A stretch of 64,000 bases of DNA from Candidatus Methylomirabilota bacterium (GCA_036001065.1 DASYUQ010000092.1:434-64433); one strand, 5' to 3'; counted from the first letter of the stretch, positions 7,624-16,278 are shown. Made by a program: numbers and translations. The notes: generated from the sequence alone by a model not told the origin.

Positions 7624-9381
7624 TCAGCCGCCCGGCCCGCGTCGCAGGATCTGGAGCAACGCAGCAAGGAACGCCGCGGTCTGCTCGGGGGTGGCCTCGT
7701 TGGCGACCCGTCGAATTGCATAGCCGATGGACGCGTCGTCGCCTTGCTGGCGCTTCACCCAACCGATGGCCCGCTCTAGATCCAGCGGGCGGTCGCGCCG
7801 GGCCGGCCCAGACGCGGCCTCCTCCTGAGTGTCGCTACGCCCCGGGTCCGGCCGGTCCTCTCGCCAGTGACGGCGATCGGACTGGGGAGCGTCAGGCGTT
7901 TGGGGCATCTCGGGGGGGTCCCTGTGACGCGGTCCGCGCCTGTCAGTGTCGTCACCCGTGGTCTCCGGGTGGTGGACGACTGGCAGCTCGTCGCGGCGTT
8001 TGATCAAGATCGTCTGTCCGAACGTCAGTTCCGCCCACTGCCATTGGAACGATCCCTGCCGCGCCCGCATCGCCTCGCCGAGGGTGCGCCGGATCGGTCC
8101 AAGACCGGCAACGTGGAGCCCGTCGTGGCCGCGCAGTAGGGCGTCCGCTTGCGTCTGGGGAGCGACCCAGGTCAGCAGATCGGGGTAGCGATGCCCGACG
8201 CTGCGGCCGCCACTGGCGAGATCGGCCATTCTCCTGGCCTCGGCTGCGATGAGAGTGCTGTCCATCACCGGCACGGGCGGTTCGTCGGAGCCGACGGCAC
8301 CGAGAAGGGCGCCCGCCAACGTCGCGATGGTGTCGGTGTCGGAGCCGATGACGTTCGCAGCGGTGGCTAGCGACCTCGCGGGGGGTTCGTCGCACCAGGT
8401 AAGAGCTGCCGCCGCGACGACAGTGAGTATACCGCTGCCGCGGCGGGCCGGATCGAGAAGGTTGAGCGCATCGATCACGCGGCGATACCGCTCTCCCGCT
8501 GAACCGCTCGCGAGGGCACGTTCCGCGGCGCTGATAGCCTCGCCGACGTCATGGCACGCAGTCTGCCACGCTTCGGCGAACGGACTTCGTGCTTCCCGTT
8601 CCCACTCAGTGAGCCAGAACTGACCGAGCTGCGGATCGTCGCGGATTACGGACGGCACCATGCCGACTTCGTCGACGAGCTTGCCCAGGATCGCCGGGCT
8701 CGGGAGGGTCCCGGTAGCCATCGAGTGAGCGAGGGCGAGCGCATGAAGGGTCGCTCCAACCAGTGCCGTCGGGTGGGCGTGGGTGCACACCGAGTTGCGG
8801 AGCACGTCAAGCATGTAGGTGCGCGAATCATTCAGGTTCGAAGCGGCCCAGACATGCGGTTGGATTCGCATGGCGGCTCCATTACCTCCCGCGTGGAGCC
8901 AGTTCTGATAGGTATTCGAGAACCATGTGGTCGTGGCCTTCGCCAGATTGGTGGCAGCGGCCTTGGTCGAGAGCCCGCCGCCGAGCGCATACGCCAACCA
9001 AACAGGGAGCTCAACCTTGGCGAAAGCCTCGACATCGAACCCCTTCGGCCCGACGGCGCGGGCAACCGCAAGGCGAAGTTGCGTGTCGTCGGAGTAACAG
9101 CCCGCCGGGAGTGTCGCGTCAACCCCACCACGTCCGCCGATGCGCCGTTTCCACTCTATCGGAGTGGTCAGTTCGAGGCCTCCAGTGCGGCGGCGCAGTC
9201 CGGCGGCGTCGGTGAGCTCGCTGATGAACCCGAGCGCGTCGCCGTAGGCCGCCCACAGCGCCGACCGACGGGTTCGCGCGACGCGGGCGGCGTCGGCGGC
9301 GCCGCGCGGCAGCTGCTGCTCCGGCATCGCGGGCTCGGCGTTGTTGCGGGGCGGTTCGTCGAACAGCCCGTGGTCGCTCAC
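7624..9381 (-). CDS. ADP-ribosylglycohydrolase (ARH/DraG fold) with a C-terminal extension of about 250 aa
   Basis: ARH signatures: ALWAAYGDALGF, YSDDTQLRLAVARAV, GSDTDTIATLAGALLGA. The GTG start overlaps the DarT-like stop (GTGA at 9378-9381). The C-terminal part has a globular segment, a D/R/P/E-rich linker and a terminal helical block (IGWVKRQQGDDASIGYAIRRVANEATPEQTAAFLAALLQIL). Confidence 0.85.
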   Translation of the reverse strand: MSDHGLFDEPPRNNAEPAMPEQQLPRGAADAARVARTRRSALWAAYGDALGFISELTDAAGLRRRTGGLELTTPIEWKRRIGGRGGVDATLPAGCYSDDTQLRLAVARAVGPKGFDVEAFAKVELPVWLAYALGGGLSTKAAATNLAKATTTWFSNTYQNWLHAGGNGAAMRIQPHVWAASNLNDSRTYMLDVLRNSVCTHAHPTALVGATLHALALAHSMATGTLPSPAILGKLVDEVGMVPSVIRDDPQLGQFWLTEWEREARSPFAEAWQTACHDVGEAISAAERALASGSAGERYRRVIDALNLLDPARRGSGILTVVAAAALTWCDEPPARSLATAANVIGSDTDTIATLAGALLGAVGSDEPPVPVMDSTLIAAEARRMADLASGGRSVGHRYPDLLTWVAPQTQADALLRGHDGLHVAGLGPIRRTLGEAMRARQGSFQWQWAELTFGQTILIKRRDELPVVHHPETTGDDTDRRGPRHRDPPEMPQTPDAPQSDRRHWREDRPDPGRSDTQEEAASGPARRDRPLDLERAIGWVKRQQGDDASIGYAIRRVANEATPEQTAAFLAALLQILRRGPGG

Positions 9382-10070
9382 TCGAAGACCTCCGGTGCGT
9401 GGCGGACGCGAACATTGTGGTCGAGAGCGCCGAGGGCGCCGTGGACGTCGTCGAGCGCGTCTTCGGCCTGGACGTCGATCCGTTGGAGGTACCGCACGTC
9501 GACCTCACGCGGGTACAGCACCTCGGCCTGACGGTCCGTGGTGAAGTGGTCGGGGAGCCCGGCGCGGCTGTGAGTCGAGTCGTACCTGCCTATTACAGGG
9601 TCGTCGAATAGCTGGTTGAACCCTGCGAGCCCCTCTGCCCTCCGGCACGCCGGGTAAATGTTGTTGGTTGTCGCGAACACGACCCCGGGGTGGCTCAAGA
9701 TGTCCGGCACGAACGACAGCACCACCCACGACACACCGTCAGCGATGTGCCACCTCTCGGAGGTGTCAAACATCCAGTCGTTGATCCTCGAAATTGAGAG
9801 GCTCACGTAATCGAGCCAGGGGGCGTCGCGGCTCCGGTTCAAAGCGTTTGGGCGGTACACGTGCTCGAGGTACTGATCCCGCGGCAGCCGCCGTCTGCTC
9901 TTCAGGGCCCTGCCTGCCAAGATCCCGACTGCGCCATGGATGGTCGTGAAGTGGACGATGTCAGTAATGCCGCGCTTGATCGCGGCTGTCAGGACGTCAG
10001 AGCAGGGCGATAAGCGCGCCACTTCATCGCTCGTCCGGGGACGGGCCGCCTGGGGTCGGGTCATAGGCAT
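9378..10070 (-). CDS. darT: DarT-like DUF4433 ADP-ribosyltransferase (putative DNA-targeting toxin)
   Basis: The track ORF (9378..10661) is over-extended. The ATG at 10070 lies 7 nt after the helicase stop. Motifs parallel DarT: ITDIVHFTTIHGAVGIL (compare YHITHIDNLxGIL), DYVSLSI, VVFATTN, DRQAEVLYPREVDVRYLQRI (compare QAEFLV with the catalytic Glu). About 230 aa, the typical DarT size. Confidence 0.8.
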   Translation of the reverse strand: MPMTRPQAARPRTSDEVARLSPCSDVLTAAIKRGITDIVHFTTIHGAVGILAGRALKSRRRLPRDQYLEHVYRPNALNRSRDAPWLDYVSLSISRINDWMFDTSERWHIADGVSWVVLSFVPDILSHPGVVFATTNNIYPACRRAEGLAGFNQLFDDPVIGRYDSTHSRAGLPDHFTTDRQAEVLYPREVDVRYLQRIDVQAEDALDDVHGALGALDHNVRVRHAPEVFE

Positions 10071-10077
10071 CAATACC

Positions 10078-11484
10078 CTAGACCCTGACGGCATCGTAGG
10101 TCGCGGGATCAAGCAGGCCAATGAGTGTCGATCCCTCCCCAGGCTTGTAGCCGACCATGACGGAGGTGCGGGCACGACCGACGCCCATCGCGAGCAGCCG
10201 GCGGAGACGCTCGAGCGTCGCGTCCCCTTCCCCTTCGCCATGAGGTGTGACCTGCTGATTGAGGCCGGGGATAAGGACGTGGTCGAACTCGAGCCCCTTG
10301 GCGGAATGGATCGTCGACAGGCCCACCTGCTCGGGTCCGCTCGGCCAGACGCTCTGGCGCGTGAGCTCGCAGTGCGGGATGCCATGGCGGCGTAGCGTGG
10401 CGCGGGCGTAGTCGAACCACCTTCCGCCCCGCGGCTGCAAGATGGCCACCGACTCCTTCTTGAGATCGGCATGCTGCAGGAGCTCGGCCAGCATGTACTC
10501 GAGCTGGTTGCTGTAGGTGCCGATGACGACCTTGGGCCGCTTGCCTGTCTGCCGGCAGGCGGTGAAGTCGGGTAGCGACCCGTCGTCCTCGAGTGGCAGG
10601 CCCGCCACCAGTGGTCGCGCGAAGGCGGCAATCTCGGCGGTGTTCCGGTGGTTCTCCTCAAGCTTGTAGATCATGTTCGGCCGCAACGCGATGCCGACCT
10701 CGACCCACGTGAAGAAGCGAGGATAGATCCGCTGTACCGCGTCTAGCACGAACGTGGTCGAGTGGTTCTGGGACAAGTGGGCGAGCACGGCGCGCACCTG
10801 GTTGGCCGAGAAGTCCTGCGCTTCGTCGACAATGACGACGTCGTATTCCTCGGATTCGATGTCGGCCGCGCCGAGGGCGAGGTCGTTCCAGTCGAGAACG
10901 CCGGCGGCGTCCTTGGCGTCCTGGTAGGGCTGGATGACATCGTCGAGCAGGCGCTGCCGAAGGACGGCGTCGACTCTGGGCGAGTTACCCCGCCCAGTCC
11001 TTTCTTTTGAAAGGTACTCGCCGAGTTTCTCAGGGGTGAACCGCGAGACGGCGTACTCAACCTCGTCGACGAAGAAATCCAGTTGGTCGGGCCGGATCAT
11101 CCTGAGGAGATTCGGCTTCAGTCTCGCCGTCACCTCATCCCGATCGAGGATGTCGACGGGCCCGATAAGGCGGCGGGCCCACTTGCTGAAGGTGCTGACC
11201 TCGAGGTCGAGGCGCTGGTCGGCGGCGACCTGCTGGCGGGCGAGTTCGACGATGTAGCCCTCAAGCGTCTTGTTGTAGGTGAGGACCAAGACACTGACCG
11301 GGTCCCTCAGACCCAAACGATCCTGACGAGCGAGCCGACTCCTGGTCAGCTGCTTCAGACGGAGCAGGGCGGTGGTTGTCTTCCCGCTCCCCGCGGCTCC
11401 CCTGATGAGCCGAAAGCCGGGCCGGCTATCGGCGAGGATCGTCAGTTGCTCGCGAGAGGGCCGGACCGGCGGAAGGACCCGCAT
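10078..11484 (-). CDS. UvrD/Rep-like superfamily 1 helicase
   Basis: Walker A is IRGAAGSGKTTTAL, Walker B is VIVDEAQDF, and the C-terminal motif is HSAKGLEFDHVLIPGL. The ATG at 11484 is preceded by AGGAG (cctAGGAGtcgccccATG). The track ORF extends to 11727, but that N-terminal extension is Arg-rich junk. Confidence 0.85.
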   Translation of the reverse strand: MRVLPPVRPSREQLTILADSRPGFRLIRGAAGSGKTTTALLRLKQLTRSRLARQDRLGLRDPVSVLVLTYNKTLEGYIVELARQQVAADQRLDLEVSTFSKWARRLIGPVDILDRDEVTARLKPNLLRMIRPDQLDFFVDEVEYAVSRFTPEKLGEYLSKERTGRGNSPRVDAVLRQRLLDDVIQPYQDAKDAAGVLDWNDLALGAADIESEEYDVVIVDEAQDFSANQVRAVLAHLSQNHSTTFVLDAVQRIYPRFFTWVEVGIALRPNMIYKLEENHRNTAEIAAFARPLVAGLPLEDDGSLPDFTACRQTGKRPKVVIGTYSNQLEYMLAELLQHADLKKESVAILQPRGGRWFDYARATLRRHGIPHCELTRQSVWPSGPEQVGLSTIHSAKGLEFDHVLIPGLNQQVTPHGEGEGDATLERLRRLLAMGVGRARTSVMVGYKPGEGSTLIGLLDPATYDAVRV

Positions 11485-11658
11485 GGGGCGACTCCTAGGC
11501 GGAACCCGTTGCCCGGGTTCACATACTTGGCATGATACCCGCTCACGTCGAGGATAGCAACATGAGCGCCCTCCATCGCGAAGTTGAGGAGGACGAGGCC
11601 GCCATGGCGCTGGTCGCGCACATCGATCGCCGGGCGCATCGCCGGCTGCAGGCGAGCG

Positions 11659-11942
11659 ACTATACTCTGCGCCAAGCTCCTGGCGCCGATGGTGGCGCCG
11701 CTGCTCACGGCGCTGGAGCGGTATCACGGGGTCCCGATCTCCGCCGCCGTCCGCGCCACCCTCGAGGCCGCCAGCCCGGCGACGCTGGACCGACTGCTGC
11801 GCTCGCTGCGCCGCCGCCGCGCGCGCCCGCCCCGCCGGGCCTCGCCCCCCTGCACACGCTCCGGGCCCAGGTCCCGCTGCGCACCTGGAGTCAGTGGACC
11901 GGCGTGACGCCGGGCGCGGTCCAAGGCGATCTCGTCCTCCAT
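11659..11942 (+). pseudogene. N-terminal fragment of an IS transposase (integrase-core type), frameshifted and truncated
   Basis: Frame a reads ILCAKLLAPMVAPLLTALERYHGVPISAAVRATLEAASPATLDRLLRSLRRRR. Frame b reads LHTLRAQVPLRTWSQWTGVTPGAVQGDLVLH. These match the conserved N-terminal region of such transposases (icsKRLxpxlpelvxaLe...SaATiDRLL...iPiRTfaeWxdxxPGfxExDLVaHcG). No DDE core follows. Confidence 0.45.
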
Positions 11943-12878
11943 TACCTGTCGGCGATCCTGGCCAGCTCGCTCGCTCGCCATCCCGATCTGGAGGGCGGAT
12001 GGGCGCTCAAGGGCGGGACAGCCCTCAACCTGTTCCTTCTCGACGTTCCCCGATTGTCGATGGACATCGACATCAACTACGTGGGCCAGAGGGAGCTGGA
12101 GGCGATGCGGGCGGCCCGCCCACGTTTCGAGGCGGCGGTCGTAGCGTGCTGCGAGCGAGAAGATTGTACGGTGCGCCGCATGCCCGGCGAGCACGCGGGC
12201 GGGAAGCTTCGCCTGCGCTACACCGCGGCGACGGATGGCACCGGGTCGCTGGAGGTCGACGTGAACTTCCTGCTCCGGCGCCCAATCCTGGATTTGGAGC
12301 ACAGGGCGCCCCGCTTCCCGCCGGACGCTGGAGCCGAGACTGTTCCCCTCCTTCGCTCGAAGAGATCGCCGCCGGTAAGTTCACCGCGCTGCTGATCAGG
12401 CGAGCCACCCGCGACGCGTTCGACGCGTCTCAGCTTCTCGAGCTGGCCCCCAATCTGCTCGATCGGCCTGGCTTCCGACTGGCCTTCGTGATCTATGCCG
12501 TCGGAGTGCGACAGAGACATCCGGCGGCTCCGTCGCACCGATGTCGCCGTGACTCCAGCCGAGGTGCGGGATCAACTGCTGCCGCTGTTGCGCGTCGAAG
12601 GCCGGCCATTCGGCGGTGACCATGTCAGGCTAGCGGAGTACCTGACCAAGATCTGTACGTCAGCGGGAGAACGGCTACTGGCATGGACGGCCCGTGAACG
12701 GGAGTTCATCGATCGGCTGAGCGATGGCGGTGAGATCGTTGCTGAGCTCATCACTGACGTTTCGGCTACGCAGGCATTGGTGCGCAAGCACCCGCTCCTG
12801 CAGTGGAAGGCGCTGAACATCAGGGAGTTCAGGAGTCGGGGAAAGCCGGGCCCACGATCCGGGCGGCGACGCGCATAG
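11943..12878 (+). pseudogene. AbiEii/AbiGii-family nucleotidyltransferase toxin, N-terminally clipped by the IS stub and carrying at least two frameshifts
   Basis: GGWALKGGTALNLFLLDVPRLSMDIDINYVG is the NTase motif. It continues in a second frame (EEIAAGKFTALLIRRATRDAFDASQLLEL) and a third (12495..12878). Confidence 0.6.
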
Positions 12879-13833
12879 GAACCACCGCGACGGGCCGATC
12901 CCGGATCGCATCTCGTCGCCCAGGGTGACGGAGCGTCCGGAGGCACGCTCGACGGCACGCCGGCGGATCGTGGATCGGCATGCCGCCTGCCTGGAAAGCA
13001 TGAAGTATCACGGAAGTCGCGTGCTTCACGACTTGGTCTGAAGCGATAACGACTTGCGTCGCACGTGAGGTAAGTCTTTATCTTGCCGTACCACCGTCCT
13101 CTCCCTCCCCGCCCCTCTCCCGCCGGCCCCGTCCCTACCCCGTCATCGGTCCTGCGCCGGGCCCGTCTTGAGTCCGCCGCCGCCACGCCCGGAGGTCCGG
13201 TCCGGGTCCAAGAACAGCTCGAGAATCAGGCCGACCGAGGACCGGAGATCGATCGTCTGGCCGGTACTCTTCGGGTCCAGCCTTGGAACCAGCGCCAGGC
13301 AGCCGCCCAGCAATGCGGAAGGCCCAGCGGTGGCCACTGAACGGTGTCCAGCCGGGCCCGGTCCGACGGCTCTCGCTGGCGTCGGCCCTGCTCCGGGCTG
13401 AGCTGAACACCGCCATTGGCGCCGCCTACGAGGCCCTGGCGGCTCCGTTCGAACCTAGGCCAAGGCGAGCGTCTGGCTGGCCGCCAGCCTGCCTCCTGCG
13501 CTCGCCCCGCGGTCATCCGCTTCGATCGCGCGGCCCCACTACTGTGGCGATCTGAGGCGGGGCCGTGCATCTTGCCGCAGTCGAGCCGGGCCGATGGTTT
13601 GCTGCCTCGTGGCATGCCCACTCCATGATTCGGCAGCCCCGTCCGCGAGTTCCACCTGATCGCCGTGAGGACGCCAGGCCTCGGTGGGAACGGCAAAGTC
13701 CTTGCCTACTGCGCAGTCAGGCAGTCACCGTGACCATGCCGACCTGCCCTTCGCGTTCCCCAAGGCGCTCGGACGCCTTCCGGCCCGGGGCGCATCGTTC
13801 ACCCTTCGGCTCCTCGGCGGCTGAGTGTAGGCG

Positions 13834-14187
13834 ATGGACACACCCGGCCCGCTAGCCTCGGTGCCCGCGCTGGACGAGATCGCCCGCGAGCCGGGAAGGG
13901 CCGCGACGCTAACGCCCGATGTGGCTCGCACACTTCATGCTCGGTGCTTGGTAGTCCTGACGGCGCTACTCCCCGCCGTATCGACACCGGTCCCAATCGA
14001 GTCCACGGCGCGGGCCGAGGCGAGGAAGTGGCTCAGACCGAGAGAGGCGTCGATGCGGTTCAACGTTCCGAAACGGTGGCTCTTGGCGCACGCTGCCGAG
14101 ATCCCGGGAACACAGAGGCTATCCCGGAAGACCATCCTCTTCGAGGAGGCCCGGCTCGAACGCTGGCTGGAGAGGCACAAGCTTTGA
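13834..14187 (+). CDS. Excisionase/AlpA-like helix-turn-helix protein
   Basis: 117 aa. The C-terminal WLRPREASMRFNVPKRWLLAHAAEIPGTQRLSRKTILFEEARLERWLE resembles Xis/MerR-type HTH proteins. It sits immediately upstream of the integrase on the same strand. Confidence 0.6.
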   Translation: MDTPGPLASVPALDEIAREPGRAATLTPDVARTLHARCLVVLTALLPAVSTPVPIESTARAEARKWLRPREASMRFNVPKRWLLAHAAEIPGTQRLSRKTILFEEARLERWLERHKL

Positions 14188-14409
14188 ATATGACTGGCCA
14201 CATTGCCGTCTCGGTGCTGGAATTACCGTCACGGCCGAGAAGAGCCGCACCAGCAAGGAAGGAGAGGCCATGAGGAAAACCAGGCTTCGCATCGACCAGA
14301 AGGTTTGGCGCGGCGCCCGCATGGGGCCGCTCGACGAGCGAGTCGGCTTTCAGGGCATCGCCGACCGCGCGCTCCGGCTGCACCTCAAGACGCCGAAGGG
14401 AGGCGGGCG

Positions 14410-15630
14410 ATGAGCGGCGAGATCCAAGACGCGCCTCCCGTCCGCCGCGCCCGCGGCGACGGGTCGATCTTCCAGAAGCGGTACACGGACAGGCGCACGG
14501 GCGCGACGAAGAAAACCGACACGCTGTACATGAAGTTCTACGTCGGTGGTAAGCCAATTGTGGAGCCGACCGGGACCACGAAGTGGAACGCCGCCAGAAA
14601 GGTTCTGCGGCGCAGGATCGGCGAGATCGCCAGCGGGCGATACATCCCCGCCGATGTCGAGAAGACGACCTTCGGGCAGGTCAAGCAGATGGCGCTCGAC
14701 CATTATCGGGCCAATGGCCGGAAGTCCCTCGATCGCTTCGAGGACGCCGTCTCGCACCTGAGCGGGTTCTTCCCAGACCAGCTCAGGGTTCGCGACATCA
14801 GTCCTGACCGAATCACCGCCTACGTTGCGGCCCGGAAAGAGGAGAAGGCGGCAAACGCCACGATTAACAGAGAGCTCGCCGCCATGAAGCTGATGCTGCG
14901 GCTCGGCGAGCGCGCTGGAAAGGTTGTGAACCGCCCCTACGTCGGGATGCTGGAGGAGAACAACCGGCGCAAGGGGTTCATGGAGGACGACCAGTTCGCG
15001 GCCATCCAAGCGCATCTACCGCACGACCTGAAGGCTCCGATGGAGGTCGGGTTCATCACTGGTTGGCGCGTGAAGTCGGAGATCCTGACGAGACAGAAGT
15101 CCCACCTCGACCTCAAGGCTGGATGGCTGCGGCTGGAACCGGGCGAGACGAAGAACGGTGAGGGCCGGATGTTCCCTCTCCTCCCGCGGCTGCGAAAGGT
15201 GCTCGAGGCACAGGCGGTGAGAACCGAGGCCGTCGAAAGGGCCACGGGCCGGATCATCCCGTGGCTCTTCCACCGCAACGGCAAGCCGATCAAGTCCTTC
15301 CGTCGGGCGTGGCTGACCGTGTGCCTCAAGGCCGGATTCGCTCGGGTCGTCTCCGAGCAGCCCCGAAAGATCGAGGCGCTCCGAATCCCGCATGACTTCC
15401 GCCGGACGGCGATCCGAAACCTGGAACGGGCTGGCATCCCCCGGTCCGCCGCGATGGCGATGGTTGGGCACAAGACCGAGAGCGTGTATCGCCGCTACGC
15501 CATCGTCGAGGAGAAGATGCTGAATGAGGCCGGCGTGAAACTCCAGGGGCTCTATGACAGCGCCGAGGCCCCCGCCCGCACTGTTGTGGCTCTGGACGAG
15601 GCTCGTGCCGCTCGGGGCGCGAAGGCGTAA
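14410..15630 (+). CDS. int: Tyrosine recombinase / phage-type integrase
   Basis: The in-frame ATG at 14410 starts MSGEIQDAPP...GSIFQKRYTDRRTG. The C-terminal catalytic region is HDFRRTAIRNLERAGIPRSAAMAMVGHKTESVYRRYAIV (R..H-x-x-R..Y). The gene ends 96 nt from the tRNA-Phe 3' end. Confidence 0.9.
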   Translation: MSGEIQDAPPVRRARGDGSIFQKRYTDRRTGATKKTDTLYMKFYVGGKPIVEPTGTTKWNAARKVLRRRIGEIASGRYIPADVEKTTFGQVKQMALDHYRANGRKSLDRFEDAVSHLSGFFPDQLRVRDISPDRITAYVAARKEEKAANATINRELAAMKLMLRLGERAGKVVNRPYVGMLEENNRRKGFMEDDQFAAIQAHLPHDLKAPMEVGFITGWRVKSEILTRQKSHLDLKAGWLRLEPGETKNGEGRMFPLLPRLRKVLEAQAVRTEAVERATGRIIPWLFHRNGKPIKSFRRAWLTVCLKAGFARVVSEQPRKIEALRIPHDFRRTAIRNLERAGIPRSAAMAMVGHKTESVYRRYAIVEEKMLNEAGVKLQGLYDSAEAPARTVVALDEARAARGAKA

Positions 15631-15726
15631 CCGGAATGGTGCAAGTTCGGGGTAAGTCGAAGCTCCAGAACGAGACGCTCCCGAAGATCCTCTACTCGGA
15701 AGTCCTTAACAGGGCTGATAAAGGAA

Positions 15727-15802
<76 letters not shown>

Positions 15803-15840
15803 ACCAGATCGAGAAGAATAGCAGAGGGGTATGGGGGTGT

Positions 15841-16278
15841 CTATTCGACGACGGTGATGATGCCGATGGCGCCGGACTTCTGGAAGTACACCGTGACGAT
15901 GATGACCTCGCCCGGCGTCAGCGTGCGCGTCAGATCGCTGAGGACGATGCGCGGCCCGTCCTTGTCGAATTTGAGGACGCTCTGCCCCGGGATGTCGATC
16001 TCGCTCACCTGACGGCCCGACGGCGAGCGCAGCTCGGCGCGTCGGGCCACCGGCGCCTGCGCCCCCAGCAGGACGTCGCCGTATTTCCCCGTGCTCTTGA
16101 GGTCGAAGTAGACGACGGCCTCGTTGGCGGTCGGCGACCGCACCGCGCGCCCCTTCTCGGGCTGCAGGCGCACGCCGCCGACGTCTGGCGCGGTGGGGTA
16201 GTACGTGCAGCCGGCGGTCAGCGCCAGCAGCGCCAGCGCGCCGCCGGCGGCGCGCGGTGACCACCGGCCCCGCGTCAT
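15841..16278 (-). CDS. Copper chaperone PCu(A)C-like lipoprotein (DUF461)
   Basis: MTRGRWSP...LALLALTAGC lipobox, then VYFDLKSTGKYGDVLLGAQAPVARRAELR...IDIPGQSVLKFDKDGPRIVLSDLTRTLTPGEVIIVTVYF. The ATG overlaps the upstream TGA (ATGA at 16276-16280). Confidence 0.75.
   Translation of the reverse strand: MTRGRWSPRAAGGALALLALTAGCTYYPTAPDVGGVRLQPEKGRAVRSPTANEAVVYFDLKSTGKYGDVLLGAQAPVARRAELRSPSGRQVSEIDIPGQSVLKFDKDGPRIVLSDLTRTLTPGEVIIVTVYFQKSGAIGIITVVE

Larger units (their letters stand above)
1..15726. mobile_element. Mosaic genomic island abutting the 3' end of tRNA-Phe; integrase and excisionase lie at the tRNA-proximal end. The left boundary was not found inside the window.
   Basis: The tyrosine integrase (14410-15630) and an Xis-like HTH gene read toward the tRNA-Phe 3' end at 15727. 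Cargo is toxin/defence-type genes plus several gene wrecks: AbiEii x2, an IS transposase stub, a cyclase stub, and a second integrase stub with a tRNA-like stub at 3347-3610. Some patches are visibly AT-richer than the core (1541-3075, 4171-6933). No second copy of the tRNA-Phe 3' end was spotted by eye, so the distal att site is undefined. Confidence 0.55.

Noticed and set aside
7044-8003. 319-aa plus-strand ORF
   Set aside because: Its 3' part is antisense to the ARH gene and its 5' part crosses the cyclase wreck. It has no motifs and a biased composition.
9378-10661. Full 427-aa version of the DarT-like ORF
   Set aside because: The N-terminal 197 residues or so overlap the helicase gene out of frame and are S/R/P/A junk. 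An ATG at 10070, just after the helicase stop, gives a DarT-sized protein.
15631-15726. att site / direct repeat of the tRNA-Phe 3' end marking the far end of the island
   Set aside because: I could not find a second copy of the tRNA-Phe 3' segment by eye anywhere in 1-15600. The distal boundary may be outside the window or eroded. This requires a computed repeat search.
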